NCBI GenBank assembly: GCA_976551045.1
Contig: CDPCPM010000014.1
Coordinates: forward strand, 38,440,001-38,504,000
From: Glaucostegus cemiculus
Taxonomy: Eukaryota
Length of the DNA: 64,000 nt
Reading direction: 5' to 3'
Positions 39,026 through 52,219 of this stretch are shown in pieces; positions within the stretch are counted from its first letter, which is position 1, and every line of letters begins with the position of its first letter. The notes under the pieces were generated by a model. That model did not search any database. It was not told where the DNA came from and worked only from the letters and a program-made list of their open reading frames with translations. A program made the translations under genes and the position numbers.

Positions 39026-40914
39026 CTGTGTTGAGTCCTTTTAAAACCTTTTTACCCTACCTGGATGGCTTTAGGCTGAAGAAGAGTAGATGTAGTCGCT
39101 AACTATAAACAGGTAAGTTTTGCATTTCCTTCAGGTGCTGCAACCACTCCCCCATCTTTCCCACCCCAGACCCTAAGCAAACCCCTCCCCTTTTGTCAGC
39201 CTGATCTTCCCCATCAGCAACTGACAGCTAGTTCATAATCCAGACCTGCAATTGCCCAGCATATACAGTAAAGGTATTTCGGAGCACAAATTGTAAATGA
39301 TCTAATGCCAAGTATACAATGTGTTGTAGAATCTTGCGGCAGTGGGTCCTCGTAAAATGTCTGTTGGACTTCAGCACATCACTAAATTGATCAGCTTTCC
39401 AGGCATAGAGGAATTTCTGGGCTCAATTTCACTTCTTACTTACTGGGTCACAGAGGAAATTTTTATTTTAAATATCACTTCATATTAAATTGCACACTTC
39501 AGCTTCAATTGATTATTGAATATTTTCTTTTGTCAATCAATTAGGAGTGATGACAATTTTAAACAAAATTCTTTTTCTGAGAGTACCACTTTTGGGTTGG
39601 AGGGGCACAATCCATTTAGTTCAGTGTTCATTTCAAAATTATTAAAGGTTGTTGTTAGAATAGGGTTGTGAATATTTGAATTAAATAGTGACTACTGATG
39701 GGAGCTGGAAATGGACAGATACTGTGTTCACCGGAATCATAACCAAGCTGTACCATGCATTGTTACAATGACATGATTATTGAAGGTGAACAACTGCACC
39801 CACGTGTTAAATCAGCTTGTTCACACTCTAAGGTTTAGTAATTCCTTCTAGCGAATTCCAATCTGACATTATATTTTCAGCATTTCTTGTTCAGCTAAAA
39901 CTGTTTAGGAATCAAAAAGAATAAAAGAATGTAAATGATTTAATCATTTAAACTCCTATTTTTAAGAGAGGGGAAAGATAATTGTTTTTTTTCTATTTCA
40001 TTTTTGTAGTGATCTCCCTCGGGTGCAGTTCGTTCTCTTGACAGAGAGTCAGCTGAGTGATCTGTTGCCCGTCCTCTGCCAGTTTCTAACATCTCTGTTA
40101 TGAGAGGTACCCAAAAATAAGCAGGAACAGCTGACCTCCTAGTTTTCAGGAAACAAGTGCCCAGCCCTCATTTTCCTTCTTTCCTCACCAAGATTGAGGT
40201 TGCAATGTCACTTCAGTGCATCTTGTGTTAAGCACTGAATGTTATACATTATAACTTTTATAATGGGAGTGCAGTTTGCTTCAAGAGAAGATGGAAACTG
40301 TTTGTGAGGACTGGGCATTGAATGCTTGCTAAAGTAATATTTCAAGATTTTCAAGTCACCACTACTTATGGCTCGGTCAGACCCACATGCAGGATATGAT
40401 ATTACTTTGTGGTACTTTCCATAGCTGATTCTGATTCTGATTCTGAGTGAGATTTCCAGTTGCAATTTTCACAAGTTAAATGTTATTCACTCTCCCGAGT
40501 TCATGGATTACTGTTACTGATTTCAACATTGGCTTGACAGTTTGTAAGCTTTTACCTTGGGAAACCATAGTATCTGTAGGAATTGCTGCAAAATGGGAAT
40601 ATTGACAAAACATGTAATTTATGTGTGTCAGGAAGGCTGACAAAAGTGTGGTACATAATTAAGATATTTGGTGGCGGTTCAAGTCAAAACTCCCAAGGAT
40701 TTGTTCAAACTTGTTTTAAAAATGTGAAGATCATATTTTCTGCTGCTTTTGGTGGTAATATGTATTGGATGCTTGCTATACTACCATAAGGATTTCAGTA
40801 AATAGAAAGACGTCCATATGAAATGTTTCCGCTACATCCAGTTGTTCTTTGCAAAACACCTTGGAACAGATTTATGGATTTCTGTCTTGCAAAATTCCGT
40901 TATTCACTTCCAAA

Positions 40915-41090
40915 GTGAGTGATAGAGGCAACATTGAGAAGCTTTTAGATGAGCACTTGAAACACACTGACTTGTAAGGCTATGGGCCAAGTGTAGAGAA
41001 ATGAAGTTAGAACAGGCAGGTACTTGATGGCTAGCATGGAACATTTGGCAGAATGGGCTGTTTCCTTACTGCATGACTCTATGGTTCTAC
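40915..41090 (+). mobile_element. CR1 LINE 3' end fragment (same family as 38.9 kb)
   Basis: ttagatgagcacttgaa...aaggctatgggcc...aggtacttgatggct...gactctatggttcta. Confidence 0.7.
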
Positions 41091-44000
41091 AATGTTAACG
41101 TCTACATTGTCTCTCTTAAAAGCAATTTGAGCTACAAAGCACTGTGTAAAGTACAGGATGTTGCTGATTTGTCAACGGATAAGTTGTCTGTATGGTAATC
41201 TGATTAACAACATGGCATGGTGTTCCTCTACTTGAGACTTCTGATTAAAAATTCTATATGAGAGGCCTCAAATTAAATTCAAACCTGAACCAATACAAAG
41301 AAACTCTGGGAACAGATAAGAAATATGTTGAAGGGTACAGAGCAATGATTGCTTATGAGTGACATTGTGACAGGAGATTAAACTCATTAAGGTTTCTTAC
41401 TTTTATATTAGTCTCAGATTAATTGTGATATCTTCATTGCCTATCTGACTATGCTTAACTCTTGTACACTCTTCCATCTGCTGATTATTTATCTGGAAAT
41501 TGTAGTTGTCAGATGGAGTTGGATTTACACCTGCCAGTATGATGCCTTCATGTAAGTAAGTTCATTCCCTTTGGTCTCATTCTATAAGAAATTCATCCTT
41601 GTAAATGGATGAATTACAGTAACCTTGCACCTTATTCATTCTTCACCTCTTGCTTAACATAAATGACCAATTAAAATATGATTGTTTCATTGATACTTTA
41701 TCAGTGGAGATTGTTTTCCACTTGAAGAATCATGTGGATGACTATTAACTAGGTTGGGAATGGGGAGATAACTCAGAGGCTTAAATCCCATAGAGTGAAT
41801 AAATATCACTCAGTACAGTAATGAATTCTTCACAAGGTGTAACAAGCATGTTGATTCATGAAAGTAAAAAATTATCACCAAAGGCACGAGATATTTATGT
41901 CAAATGTGTAGTGTGGAACTTGGATTACTGTCTACTGGATCACATTGTGAAGTGATGAGAATTAAAGGTAGGAAACAAGGGAACAGTATGGTATAATACA
42001 GCCTATAAGCATTGCCTACTTGAATCTAGGATAGCATGCTACCAATGACACCTTTTCTATAATTCACCACTGTCCTTTCACAACTTCTGTGAATTTTTGG
42101 TTCTTTGCATGGACAGTACAGAATTTGATGCCTAATTAATCTAATAACCATTTGCAATGCACTCTTAAGCAACTATTGTTACCTCAGTCATCAAGAAGTA
42201 TCATTAGAAATGAGATTGAAATCACCATATCAAGAACGGTACCTGCCGTTTACTAGTGTTGCATGTCACCTGGGTGGTTGTAGAATTGTTCTTTTTAGAA
42301 TGCGTTTTTTAACTGAAATGCAGTCTCTTTCTGTGACAGCATGCACTGCAGAATTGTTCCGCCGGTACCTCAGAAGGTCGGATGGGAGTTGATGACCTCA
42401 GTAGTCTCTTTCTCCATAGTTATTGATTAACAGTGTGTAAGATTTTATATTATGCAAGTGTATTGCTACAACTCAAGGATTTATTCGCGTCAAAATTCTC
42501 AGCATTTCAGTCTAATTTTGCCTTGGCTTATTGTCGTGGAATGCTAAAAAGGTGGAGGGAAAATGGACCACAATGCCAAACAAAAAATGCACTGAGAGTC
42601 TAAGTTAACAGGGAGAACTTAACAACGTGGAAGCAGATTTGTGCCACTGATGTGATTCATTCAGTGGAAATGGAATCAGTCCACTGTTGAGCTAAGTCAC
42701 TGGGAATGAATGGAATGGCGAAGGCAAGACAATGAAGCTGCTGGCAGCCAAATATTATCCTTTACGCAGTATTTTCAACCCATCAAAACCCAGTGCGGCA
42801 TGACAGTCTTCACTCCAGAGATGGTAATGACAGGAGTCACTTATGGCAGGTAGCAGTTTGCTGAAAAATCAATTAGCTTAGAGGCTTATGGGACAAGGGA
42901 ACAGGGTTGTTTTATAGCTATGGCTAAAGGCAGCAGGCTCCATACAGGTCAAAGTCAGCATTTCTCACTCTGTATCAGGAAATCTGAACTGAATGATGAG
43001 GTGGTAATCTGTGGCGATTATAACGTCGTTGGTCTGAAGGCCACAGAGGTGTTAGCAAGGAATGGACAAATTAGATTCTGTTTAGTACACCGTTATATAT
43101 TTATTTTTGTTCCTTCCCACTCTGACTGCGACACGATTTATGTAAAACAGCAGTGTAGCATTTTAATGGCCCGCAGCCCACTAACTGCTTGCTGAAAGCC
43201 TAAGTGCTCTCATGGAATGGCTAAGATGTCAATATCAATATCAAATGCATGACTCGCTATCCAAAGCCTGCGTTCTTTCAGATCTGCTGCGACTGACTGG
43301 ATTGCTAACAGGATGGTTTGTGGGGGAGGTGGGTATGGCGTGGTGGATGGGATTGGGGGTACGTTGACGGTGTGAGGGACTGAATACAATCTTGGTTGAA
43401 AAAAATCTGCCTCAGTTGAATGAAGAAGTATCTGAAATCATTGCAAATAATGGACAATTTTCATTGTAGGGTATGAGACATGACCACAGGTAGACAAGGT
43501 ATTTTGTTGCACAGTTCTTTTAAAAATCTTGCATTTTCACAGTCATATTCAAGACTGCTATAGTCACTTGGTAAGCAGAAGGAGCTGGGATATTTAAATG
43601 GCATCACTGATTCCTACAGGGGTGGAAAGTTTCAGATGCATTCAAAAGACAGACAGGTTCTAAGAAAATGCATCTGATGACATTTTTAGGTGCTACAGAA
43701 CACCATGGTATTCTTGGCATTTGTGGTTGCCAAGGAAGTTCTCACTGTGTTTAAAAGATTTACTTTGGTGCAAATTGGTTGTGTATTATGTCAATAGACA
43801 AATGGAAATGGGTAGGTGCTAGCCAAGTGGAAAGAAGTTCTCTAAAGCAAGTTCTCAAGAGCTGCAGCAGCTCTTTCCTTCCCCCCACCTATCCCAGGAA
43901 GTGGAGACAAGAATCCTGTTGGGAGCTTGCTGACTTAAAAAGAAGGGACTTATCCCAACCATAAAATTGTCTGAATCCAGCATCATGTATGTGCAGAGGG

Positions 44001-45866
44001 ACAATCCGATCTCTTCAACAGGAAGCCAAAACCACAGTTGTACTGTCAGTGACATTGTTTGCTTCAGTAATCTGGATTCATATTCAAACTTGCGTTTCCC
44101 TAATTTAGTGAGAAGAGTAATTTCTGCTGCTGCAGCTGTAGATCAGTGACAGAATAATAACCTAACAGTACAACAACCTGTAACAAAACTCACCCCTGTG
44201 GTGTCCCTTCCATTAGAGTGGAAAAGTAAATCTATATTTCTCTGAAGTCCAGAGTGATTCCAGTATGGATTGGACATGCATGGACAAGTGTTCTGAACAG
44301 TGCTGGCTTGTGTATTTTGGAGACTTATCAGCATAGCTTTAAGCCTGCATTCTGGCAGAAAAGAACATGGATCTCCAGAAAATGTTGTGAAAAGAGCATG
44401 GGTACTTAGGCATACAAGGTTAGATTATATCTGGTTCATAAACTGTAGCCTCTGTCCCTGCATGTACCAAGTTGCCTGTTGACATGAGAATGATGTTTTT
44501 CTCCATGTGTAATTCATTGGTTCAGTGGACCATAGCTGTTTTCTTGCAGCTTCATGTGGTTCTGAGGCTTCAATAATTATATTCAGTTTGGAAAGGAATA
44601 TTGAAAGGAACTCAGTCTTGGTTTGAAAAGTTATGTGGAATTAAATAGTTTACTTAACTTGGAGTAAGAATGCCAAACTACAGGACATATTGATGTGATT
44701 ACAGGGCATATTCCAGAGCATGTTGACAAAATAACAAGGATCAAGTGAGCCTAGAAATTAAAGGACAATTATTTTTCAGAAAGAGTAGTGGAATTGACTC
44801 TCGACTACACTATTTCATGCTATGTTGACTCAGGCATTTTTTAATCCAAAACTAAAGAAGCCAGAATGGTACAGATCTGCTGACCCTCCATTTCCATTCC
44901 CCAGTTCTGTATCCTCCTTTCTGCTCCACTTCTTTACTGTCAATTCTCCCCTGTGATGCACTTCTGACCACATCTTGCTCTGCATGGACTTTCCCATCAT
45001 CTATTGAATCCCATCCGAGTACAAATGGAAGAAGTTCCAGCCACTGCACTCTGGATTTCCAATTTGTGCAAGAATTCCTCCCTAGAATTCCTTCCATTAT
45101 TACCATCAGTGGTATTGAGTAATGTTTGCATTGATGCACAATAGTAAATCGTGGTGCACTGACTGAATCCCAGTAATGTTGTTATCAAAATGAAATACTA
45201 ATGTTTGCCGATTATGAGACAGCAGAGTCAAGAAAAATTGTAAAGAACTACATTTAACTGGAGGATCGGATCTGATAAAAAGAATTCTGTCTTGGTGGAC
45301 TGAATTCCTTTTTCCATTTTTAATAAACTGCCGTTGTGGCTCAGTTCAGCTGGACATTGCACCCTGCTTAGTTATTTCTAATAACTGGGATTTTGGCAAA
45401 CGTAATAAAAAAAAAACCAGGTATTCCAATTTAACCAGTTACTAACCATGATTCATTTCTGAAATAAAACTTCCTCAAATTTGTGTGGAATTGTGAAAAG
45501 GAAAATTCTGATGGGACCTATGTAAAGGTCAGATACAAATCTCCAATGAATTTAACAATTATCACATGCAGACTCATCCATATTTTTGCTTTTCAATTTA
45601 AATCCGCGGAAGATTGACATCAACTGTCTTTTTCTAATTTGATGTGAATTTCCAACTGTGCAGCTCCACAGAAGAGGGTGGGTCATTTTAACAGCTTCCA
45701 GCTTAACTTGACCTTTTTCATGAAACCGGGTGGAATTATGTTATTCATTTGGGATCATTCTGACCAAAGTACACGATGTCCTTGATTTTTTTATTGAAGC
45801 AGTAATTGAGAAGCATGGAATATATTGTACAGAGGAATAATTGGGGGGAGGTTATGGATAGGAGTA

Positions 45867-46623
45867 TTGTAGGTGCTGGAAATCTGAAATAAAAACAGAA
45901 AGTGCAGGATTTACTTAGTAGGTCAGGCAACATATGTGGTTAGGGAAACTGTTAATGTTTCTGATCTTGGAACCTGAAAAGAAATTAGAGACTTAGTAAG
46001 TTTAAAGTTGTACCATTCCCACTTTGATCTCTTTATCATTGGCTTTGTACACTGTTCTAATGAAGCGCACCATAAGCTTGAGGAATAGCACCTGTTCTTC
46101 TGGTCTTCAAGACTTAACACTGAACTCAGCAGTTCAGATAATCAACCAATCCAGTGATTTATGGACAATAGAGACTGCAGATGTTGGAGGAACTCAGTGG
46201 GTTAAACAGCACCTGTGGAGGCAAAGGGATGATTGACGTTTTGGGTTGAGCCTTGCATCAGGACCCACTGATTTCCTCCAATGGTTTGCTTTTAGAATCT
46301 GGTGTTTTATCTCATTTCCAGATGTCAGTCTTTTGTTTCTCTCTTTCAGATATTCCAGATTTCCTTTGTCTCCTTCCCCTCTCATCCCTCCCAGACATAG
46401 CTTTTGGTCTTTACTAGCCTTAACCATTCTCCTTCAGCCAGCACCACTGCCTGCTTATCTCATCTTTTGTAGTCTCCACTCTCCCCACCCTAAACCATTT
46501 CTCTGAAACTTTAAACTTCACTCGTTCTGATGAAAGGTTTTCAGTCTAAAATGTTAACTCTGTTTCTCTCTCAAAAGATGCTTTCTCACTTGCTTAGAAT
46601 TTCCAGCATTTTCTATTTTCCTG
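45867..46623 (+). mobile_element. Truncated Penelope-like retroelement: inverted 5' terminal repeat, GIY-YIG endonuclease C-terminal remnant, 3' terminal repeat
   Basis: 46014-46140 translates HSHFDLFIIGFVHCSNEAHHKLEE*HLFFWSSRLNTE, similar to the Penelope endonuclease C-terminus (RKLEEQHLIF...GLN.E); 45867-46010 is the reverse complement of 46505-46623. Confidence 0.72.
46170..46340. mobile_element. Nested fold-back Penelope-like repeat (second subfamily)
   Basis: ttggaggaactcagtgggt pairs with acccactgatttcctccaa. Confidence 0.6.
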
Positions 46624-47094
46624 TTCGTTGATTTACTGAGACAATGGAGTGTGTTTGACAAGTGTGGGTGACGTTGAGTGTAGGATTTAGGGAGAAGTTT
46701 GAAGAACATTGGAGAAATCCCTTCTTGAGATGATGTGGTCATGAACTGAGGTTTTGAACACAGTGGGAGAGTTTAGTATAGTGAACATGGTTTCAAACAT
46801 CAATACCTGTGGGTATGTGCACCCTGAATGCAAAGTAAAACAAAATCTGGCTAGGATTCAGCTGGATGCCATGCTTGTGCACTGTTTCAGAAAGAAACCA
46901 GAGAAGTTGGTGGAGTTTCTTCAATAAAAATATGCGCTGATAGGAACTAAAATAGTAGTTTGATCTTGCTGAAGACCTAAAGCACATTTTAAGACTCAGT
47001 ATTGGACAAGTTGTAGAAAGTGTTGCAATGGCTGGTGGTTGAGGAGAACGTGAAGAACTATGTACTGTTATGCACTGGCGATCTTTCCTGTTTT

Positions 47095-47197
47095 CTCTCA
47101 GTCTCGATGCAAGATTTCAACCCAAAACATCGACTTACACATTTTGATTCCACAGTTGTTGACCCGTTGCATTCTCCCAGCAGACTGCTTTTGTTGA
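47095..47197 (+). mobile_element. Penelope-like terminal repeat fragment
   Basis: cagtctcgatgcaagatttcaacccaaaacatcgact...ccacag...tgacccgttg...ccagcagact. Confidence 0.55.
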
Positions 47198-47303
47198 TGA
47201 GCTAGGCGTCTCAGTTCTTGAAGAGGCTGATCTCCGTGCTTTGTTGTGGCGGGAGAAATTATTTGATTGCAGTGGTGGAGCTTCTTTGTAACATTAATGT
47301 GTG

Positions 47304-47322
47304 GATCCACAAGGGGGCGATG
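47304..47322 (+). promoter_or_regulatory. Candidate CTCF binding site
   Basis: GATCCACAAGGGGGCGATG closely matches the CTCF core CCASYAGRKGGCR. Confidence 0.45.
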
Positions 47323-48958
47323 TCAAAATGATGGCCAGTAGGGGAGTATGGAGTAGTCACTGTCAAACAGCAGTGAAGTTGTGGACCTTGTACAATATAT
47401 GTGTACAATATAGTAATGAAAAATATGCTTCATTCTTCTCTGGAATAAAGACAAAGCTGGGATGACAGATGACTCTTCTTAAACCTTTTGAGCATTATGA
47501 GAATCTTTCAGTATGCATCCATTAAAAAAGTTTAACACTTTCAACACAATAGCAGGGTGTTGTGCACAAAGCTATAATCTTCCTTTTCTTATGACAGTCA
47601 TTCAACCTATCAGTGTCTAAGGCAGGAAGAGACTCAGGTTTTACATTAGGTGTAAAAATACTTCTTAGACATGTGCACAGTTTGGTTCTTAACAGGATTA
47701 CACTGATGAATTGTTTAGAAGTAGAATTCACATGCCAGTGTTAAGATGTCTATTATTTTTAACAAGTTAGAGCTGTGTCTGCCTTGCATGCTTTTCTCTT
47801 ATTATAATGACACACTTCGCAGTGACCCTGAACTCCCTGATATCACCATAGCTAATTGAAGGCCAGGATCCTTCAGTGGTGAATGGAAAATTGCACAAAA
47901 AATGGTAATATGATTCACTCTGCTTTGTCACAATTATGCACCCTTCATCAGTTCTGACACAGGCGTAATAGTACTTAAACCATTTAATCTCAAATTTTTT
48001 GACCAAAAAAATTGCAGTGTTAATTTATCTTCATTTGTTTCTCTGCTCTGCCATGCAAATAATTAAGAAGATGAGGGAGACATTCTGCAAATCATTGTCC
48101 TTTCATTTACTCCTTGTTTTGATGAGAGAGACAAGTTTTCATTACTCTGGTGAAACACGAACTTATACGTTGATGCAAGTAAATTTTGAGCTGCACCTTG
48201 TCAGTGCTTGATAAACAAGGTGAACAATTCACTGTGTATGATTTGAATAGAATGTGACTTGAATGAGGCTTTGGATTTTGTTGTGAGTTGCATTCAAATT
48301 CACAAAAACACAGCTAATTAGTTATTACTGCAAGTCAATTTAAAAGGGAAGGATGTAAATAAAAATATCTGTTTTGTAGTATGACCGATTTGAATACTGC
48401 TTAAATACCAATTGTTACTACATCAGGAAAATAAAGCAATTTAAAGCCAAAATATGGTGGGATGGATTCGGACACAAAATGGGTGAAAATTGTCCATTTC
48501 CCACAATTGGATGATGTGGTTTGCAGTGTCTGGAACCTTGTTCTTATAAAGTTTCTTCAGCTCGGCTATAATTGTAGCTCATTGTCTCCAACAGGCACAC
48601 AACTCCAAACATCACAGGTTATTCTGGCACTCTATCTACTAAACCCCATTGAGTGTAGGATGGTATTTGTGTGTTCCGGCTGATTTCACAAGAAGGTGCT
48701 GGGTTTTATCACTGAAGAAGCCTGTGTAAATTACTAGCTGCAGTTTTGCTACAAAATAACACAGTAAATGTGAAACCTCTGGAAGTCTATAGGTCCTTTA
48801 CAGCATTAGAGAGTTACAACTCTACAACACCTCATTTGTGCTGCCTATACCAGTAAGAATTTTCATCTTGACAGGAATTTTTAACCCCAAGGCTCACAGA
48901 TGGTAAATCCCGCACGTGTAGAATGTTTACCGTCAATAAATGTAGGTATCTTCTTTAC

Positions 48959-49497
48959 CATCTGTGGTATTGCATGCGGGTAGCCAAGACCAAATGCTCA
49001 GGTCAAACAGGATCAGCAGGAAGGGGCAGGGAGAGGGATGAGGTTGGGGGAGGACTGGAGCAAGAAGGGGCAAAGGAAAATGAGAAAAGGTTGAAAGAAG
49101 AATGGGTAATGGGGATGGAAAGCTGGAATAATAGAGAAATGGAGGACAGAAGGCTGGAATGGGCAGTGGATAGAATAGAGGGATGAAGAGAGTAAGGGGA
49201 ATGGGAAGAGAAGACAGGAAATAAAGGAAGGGTGGGTCATGAAGTACCTCAGCAGGGGAGTAGTTGTAGTGGTCACCTGCCAGGAGTGGCGTAGAAAATT
49301 ACCTCACTTCTATCACAGATATTCCCTCTGTTTTAGCCATCCCTTTCCCGAGCTCTCTGCAACTTTATACTAACTTGTTTTCTCACTTTCTCAGTTCTGA
49401 CAAAGGATCTTCAGCTTGAAACGTTAAATCTGTTTCTCCTTCTGCAAGTACTGCCTGACCTGATGATTGCTTCAAGTGTTTTATGTTTTTATTTCAG
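48959..49497 (+). repeat. Composite repeat copy A (purine-rich body plus Penelope-like 3' end)
   Basis: Begins catctgtggtattgcatgcgggtagccaagacc; collinear with 51662-52150. Confidence 0.75.
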
Positions 49498-50724
49498 AAA
49501 ATTTACTCAACTGGTTTTGGAAAAGTACCTCAGCAAGCAGGAACTCTTAGTTCCTCAACGTATAAGGAGCCTCTAATTCTCTCATCATTGACAAGATCCT
49601 GTTTTATACAAAAATCTTGTTCATCAGGCTGTATTTATTTCTGATTAGTTGCCAAGTTCTGCACATTTGCTCTTGAGATAGGGGCAGGTTGTCCTCCCTC
49701 AAATAGGGCTAAATAACAGTGGAGGATGTAGCTACCTAGCGTGGTCCTGATGGTGCCTGGTACTGAGTTGAGAGTTCAGGTGGGCTGGGCTGTGTCAAGC
49801 CTGCTTGGCTCTGTATTTTATCCAAGTATTACTGCATGTCAGTAACATGTTTAAGATCATTATATCTTTGATCAGGTCAGGTGTGCAAGCATTTGAGTAT
49901 TTGGGCTCAGGTCAGATTCAACTTAGCTGTTTTTTGGTTGGATTTGGGTGGAATTTAATGTTATAATTAATCAAACTTTAATTGGGGCTCACTCCCACCT
50001 CAATGTCCCAACCTCAAGCTTCCCATACTTATCCCAAGCAGTTGCCTCTATCTTCCTCACCCTGTACAAGCAGATGATGGGAAGGTGAAAGGAAGGAGTG
50101 AGGCAGAGTGTCCAATCCGCCTCAGTTACTGAAGCCTCTTAGGATCATTGAATGAATGGTAGCAGCAATCCTGAGGTCAACCGTTACTGAGTCCTCCCTC
50201 CATGTTATCCTCTGCTCAATTATAAGGCCGAGGCACTGCTTATAATTGAGAGTCTGTCTCCTGCTTAAGTGCCTGACTGTCTCTTTATGCTGCTGTGAAG
50301 CCATCTATAATTATTTAATAATTATGCCTGCAAAATGCAACTAAATAAATTTGCAATAATATCCAATTAAATGCAACTAAAAGAACATTTGTGTAATAGT
50401 GTGCGTCTTTAGTTTTAATGAAGGCTCCTAGTTCCCATTAACGTTTACCAGGACATTCTTGAATGTTGCAGCGTGACTTTAAGCAACTATTTATTTCCTG
50501 ATGTGCTTCAAAAAACTACATTTGGTTTAAAGAGGTAATAATTGCAGTGCTTTTTTTTTCTAACCAAAATACTCTCCATTTTATAGTTATAATTGATAGT
50601 TTGTACTGGAAAAGATGGCACTCCTCCAGACTACACACAATCCAGATGGGGAGAACTGACATTCATCAAAAGAGGTCTGACAACTTAAGTCAGACTGGGG
50701 GTGGGGTGTCCCAACTTTCATAGT

Positions 50725-50735
50725 TGTGTGTACGT

Positions 50736-50773
<38 letters not shown>

Positions 50774-50781
50774 ACGTGTGT
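50725..50781. repeat. (GT)n microsatellite
   Basis: About 15 perfect units with degenerate flanks. Confidence 0.95.
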
Positions 50782-50949
50782 TGGGAGGACATATCCTTTA
50801 TCACAGTTTAAATGATCTTTACTATGGTTTCTGGTAGTTCTGCTTGTCAGAAATTTAAGCAGCTAAAAGGCTGATTTTCATGGAAATGGGAGTGGCAGAC
50901 ACACAACATGATTAAGTTGAAGTATTTGGCCACTGCCTGCCCAAGTGCT

Positions 50950-51130
50950 AGATAAGTGCAGTAAGTGATTTGGAACAAGGCAAGAGAAACTTGTTTGCAC
51001 AAATATCTGTCAGGCTGTGGAATTCACTTCCAGGGTTAGTGGGCGAAACAGAAAAGTCGAAATTAAGGTCAGTTTGGATTGCTAGATAAAGGAACTGGAG
51101 AAAGATATGAGAATAGATCTAAATAGGTCT
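50950..51130 (+). mobile_element. Decayed CR1 3' fragment
   Basis: agaaacttgtttgcaca...ggctgtggaattcacttccaggg (NxF...LWNSLP motif). Confidence 0.55.
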
Positions 51131-51661
51131 GTTTTCTCACGTGAAGGGTAAATGTAGACAAAAACTGGACAGATTTAAGGCCAGAGTCTGCAATAAAGTG
51201 TCCAAGTACTTATGCTCAAAGTACATATGTACCTATAGAGGACTATTACAGTCATATTTGAGTTCCCAGTTTGTTTTTCACTGCCTGGTTGCACACATCA
51301 TATAAGGCATCGTACTTGGAAATGGGAGAGTCTGATCCAAAAACAGCAGGCAAATAAGGTGCAAGCATGTCCTTGCCTGACATATTTATTTGTAAGCACA
51401 TATCTATTGCTAGGGCTGGAACTCTGTAGACTGCTAGGGGAAAGAAGTGTCTGAACCTGTGATAAAGCGGGAACAGACCCAGCATCAAGGTTCTTTGTTA
51501 TTAAAATCTGGAAACTTGTCCCTTTTCATTGCTCGGAGATTCCTGGGGATGGTTTGTGAATCTTTTCATTGCTCTGTGAAGTAGGTGCAGACCAAATGTT
51601 TCCTTGGACAAGGGGCATTGATTCTGAATTCAGTTTTTTATAATTATGCATTGTTTATTTT

Positions 51662-52150
51662 CATCTGTGGTATTGCACATGGGTAGTCAAGACCAAGTAT
51701 TGTTCTAAGGTCACAGAAGGTTAGCTGGAAGGGGGATGAGGTTGGAGGTGTGGGAAAGTGAGACTGCAACAAGAATGGACAATGGAGAGGAAGGAGGCAC
51801 AGAAATGGAGGCTGGAATGGATGGCAAAATAGTTTAGAGGGGTGATAAGGGGAATGGGGTCAGGAAGGAAGGAAAATATGAAGGATGGAGTAATGAATTA
51901 TCTCAGCAAGAGAGCAGTTGTTGGGAAAATAACCCTCTCTTGGGAATGCATTGGAAAATTACCTCACCTTCATCTTATGAGAGATATTCCCTTTGTCCTA
52001 TCTTTCTCTATCTCTCCCCCACTTTCCCTACAACTTCAAAACAATTTTTTTCTCTCTTTTCCAGTTCTGACAGAGGACTTGGACCTGAAACATTAACCCT
52101 TTTTCTCTTTCCACAAATACTTCCTGACATGCTGAGTGATATTATTTTCC
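51662..52150 (+). repeat. Composite repeat copy B
   Basis: Begins catctgtggtattgcacatgggtagtcaagacc; shares gaaaattacctcac, agatattccct and cagttctgaca with copy A. Confidence 0.75.
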
Positions 52151-52219
52151 AAACTGGTTCATTGGCAAATGAACCAGTGATGATCTTAAGAGTTTAATAA
52201 TGCAGAGTGGAATTTGCAA

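Noticed and set aside
51252-51488. Protein-like minus-strand ORF (MSGKDMLAPYLPAVFGSDSPISKY...)
   Set aside because: No recognisable family and no convincing splice boundaries
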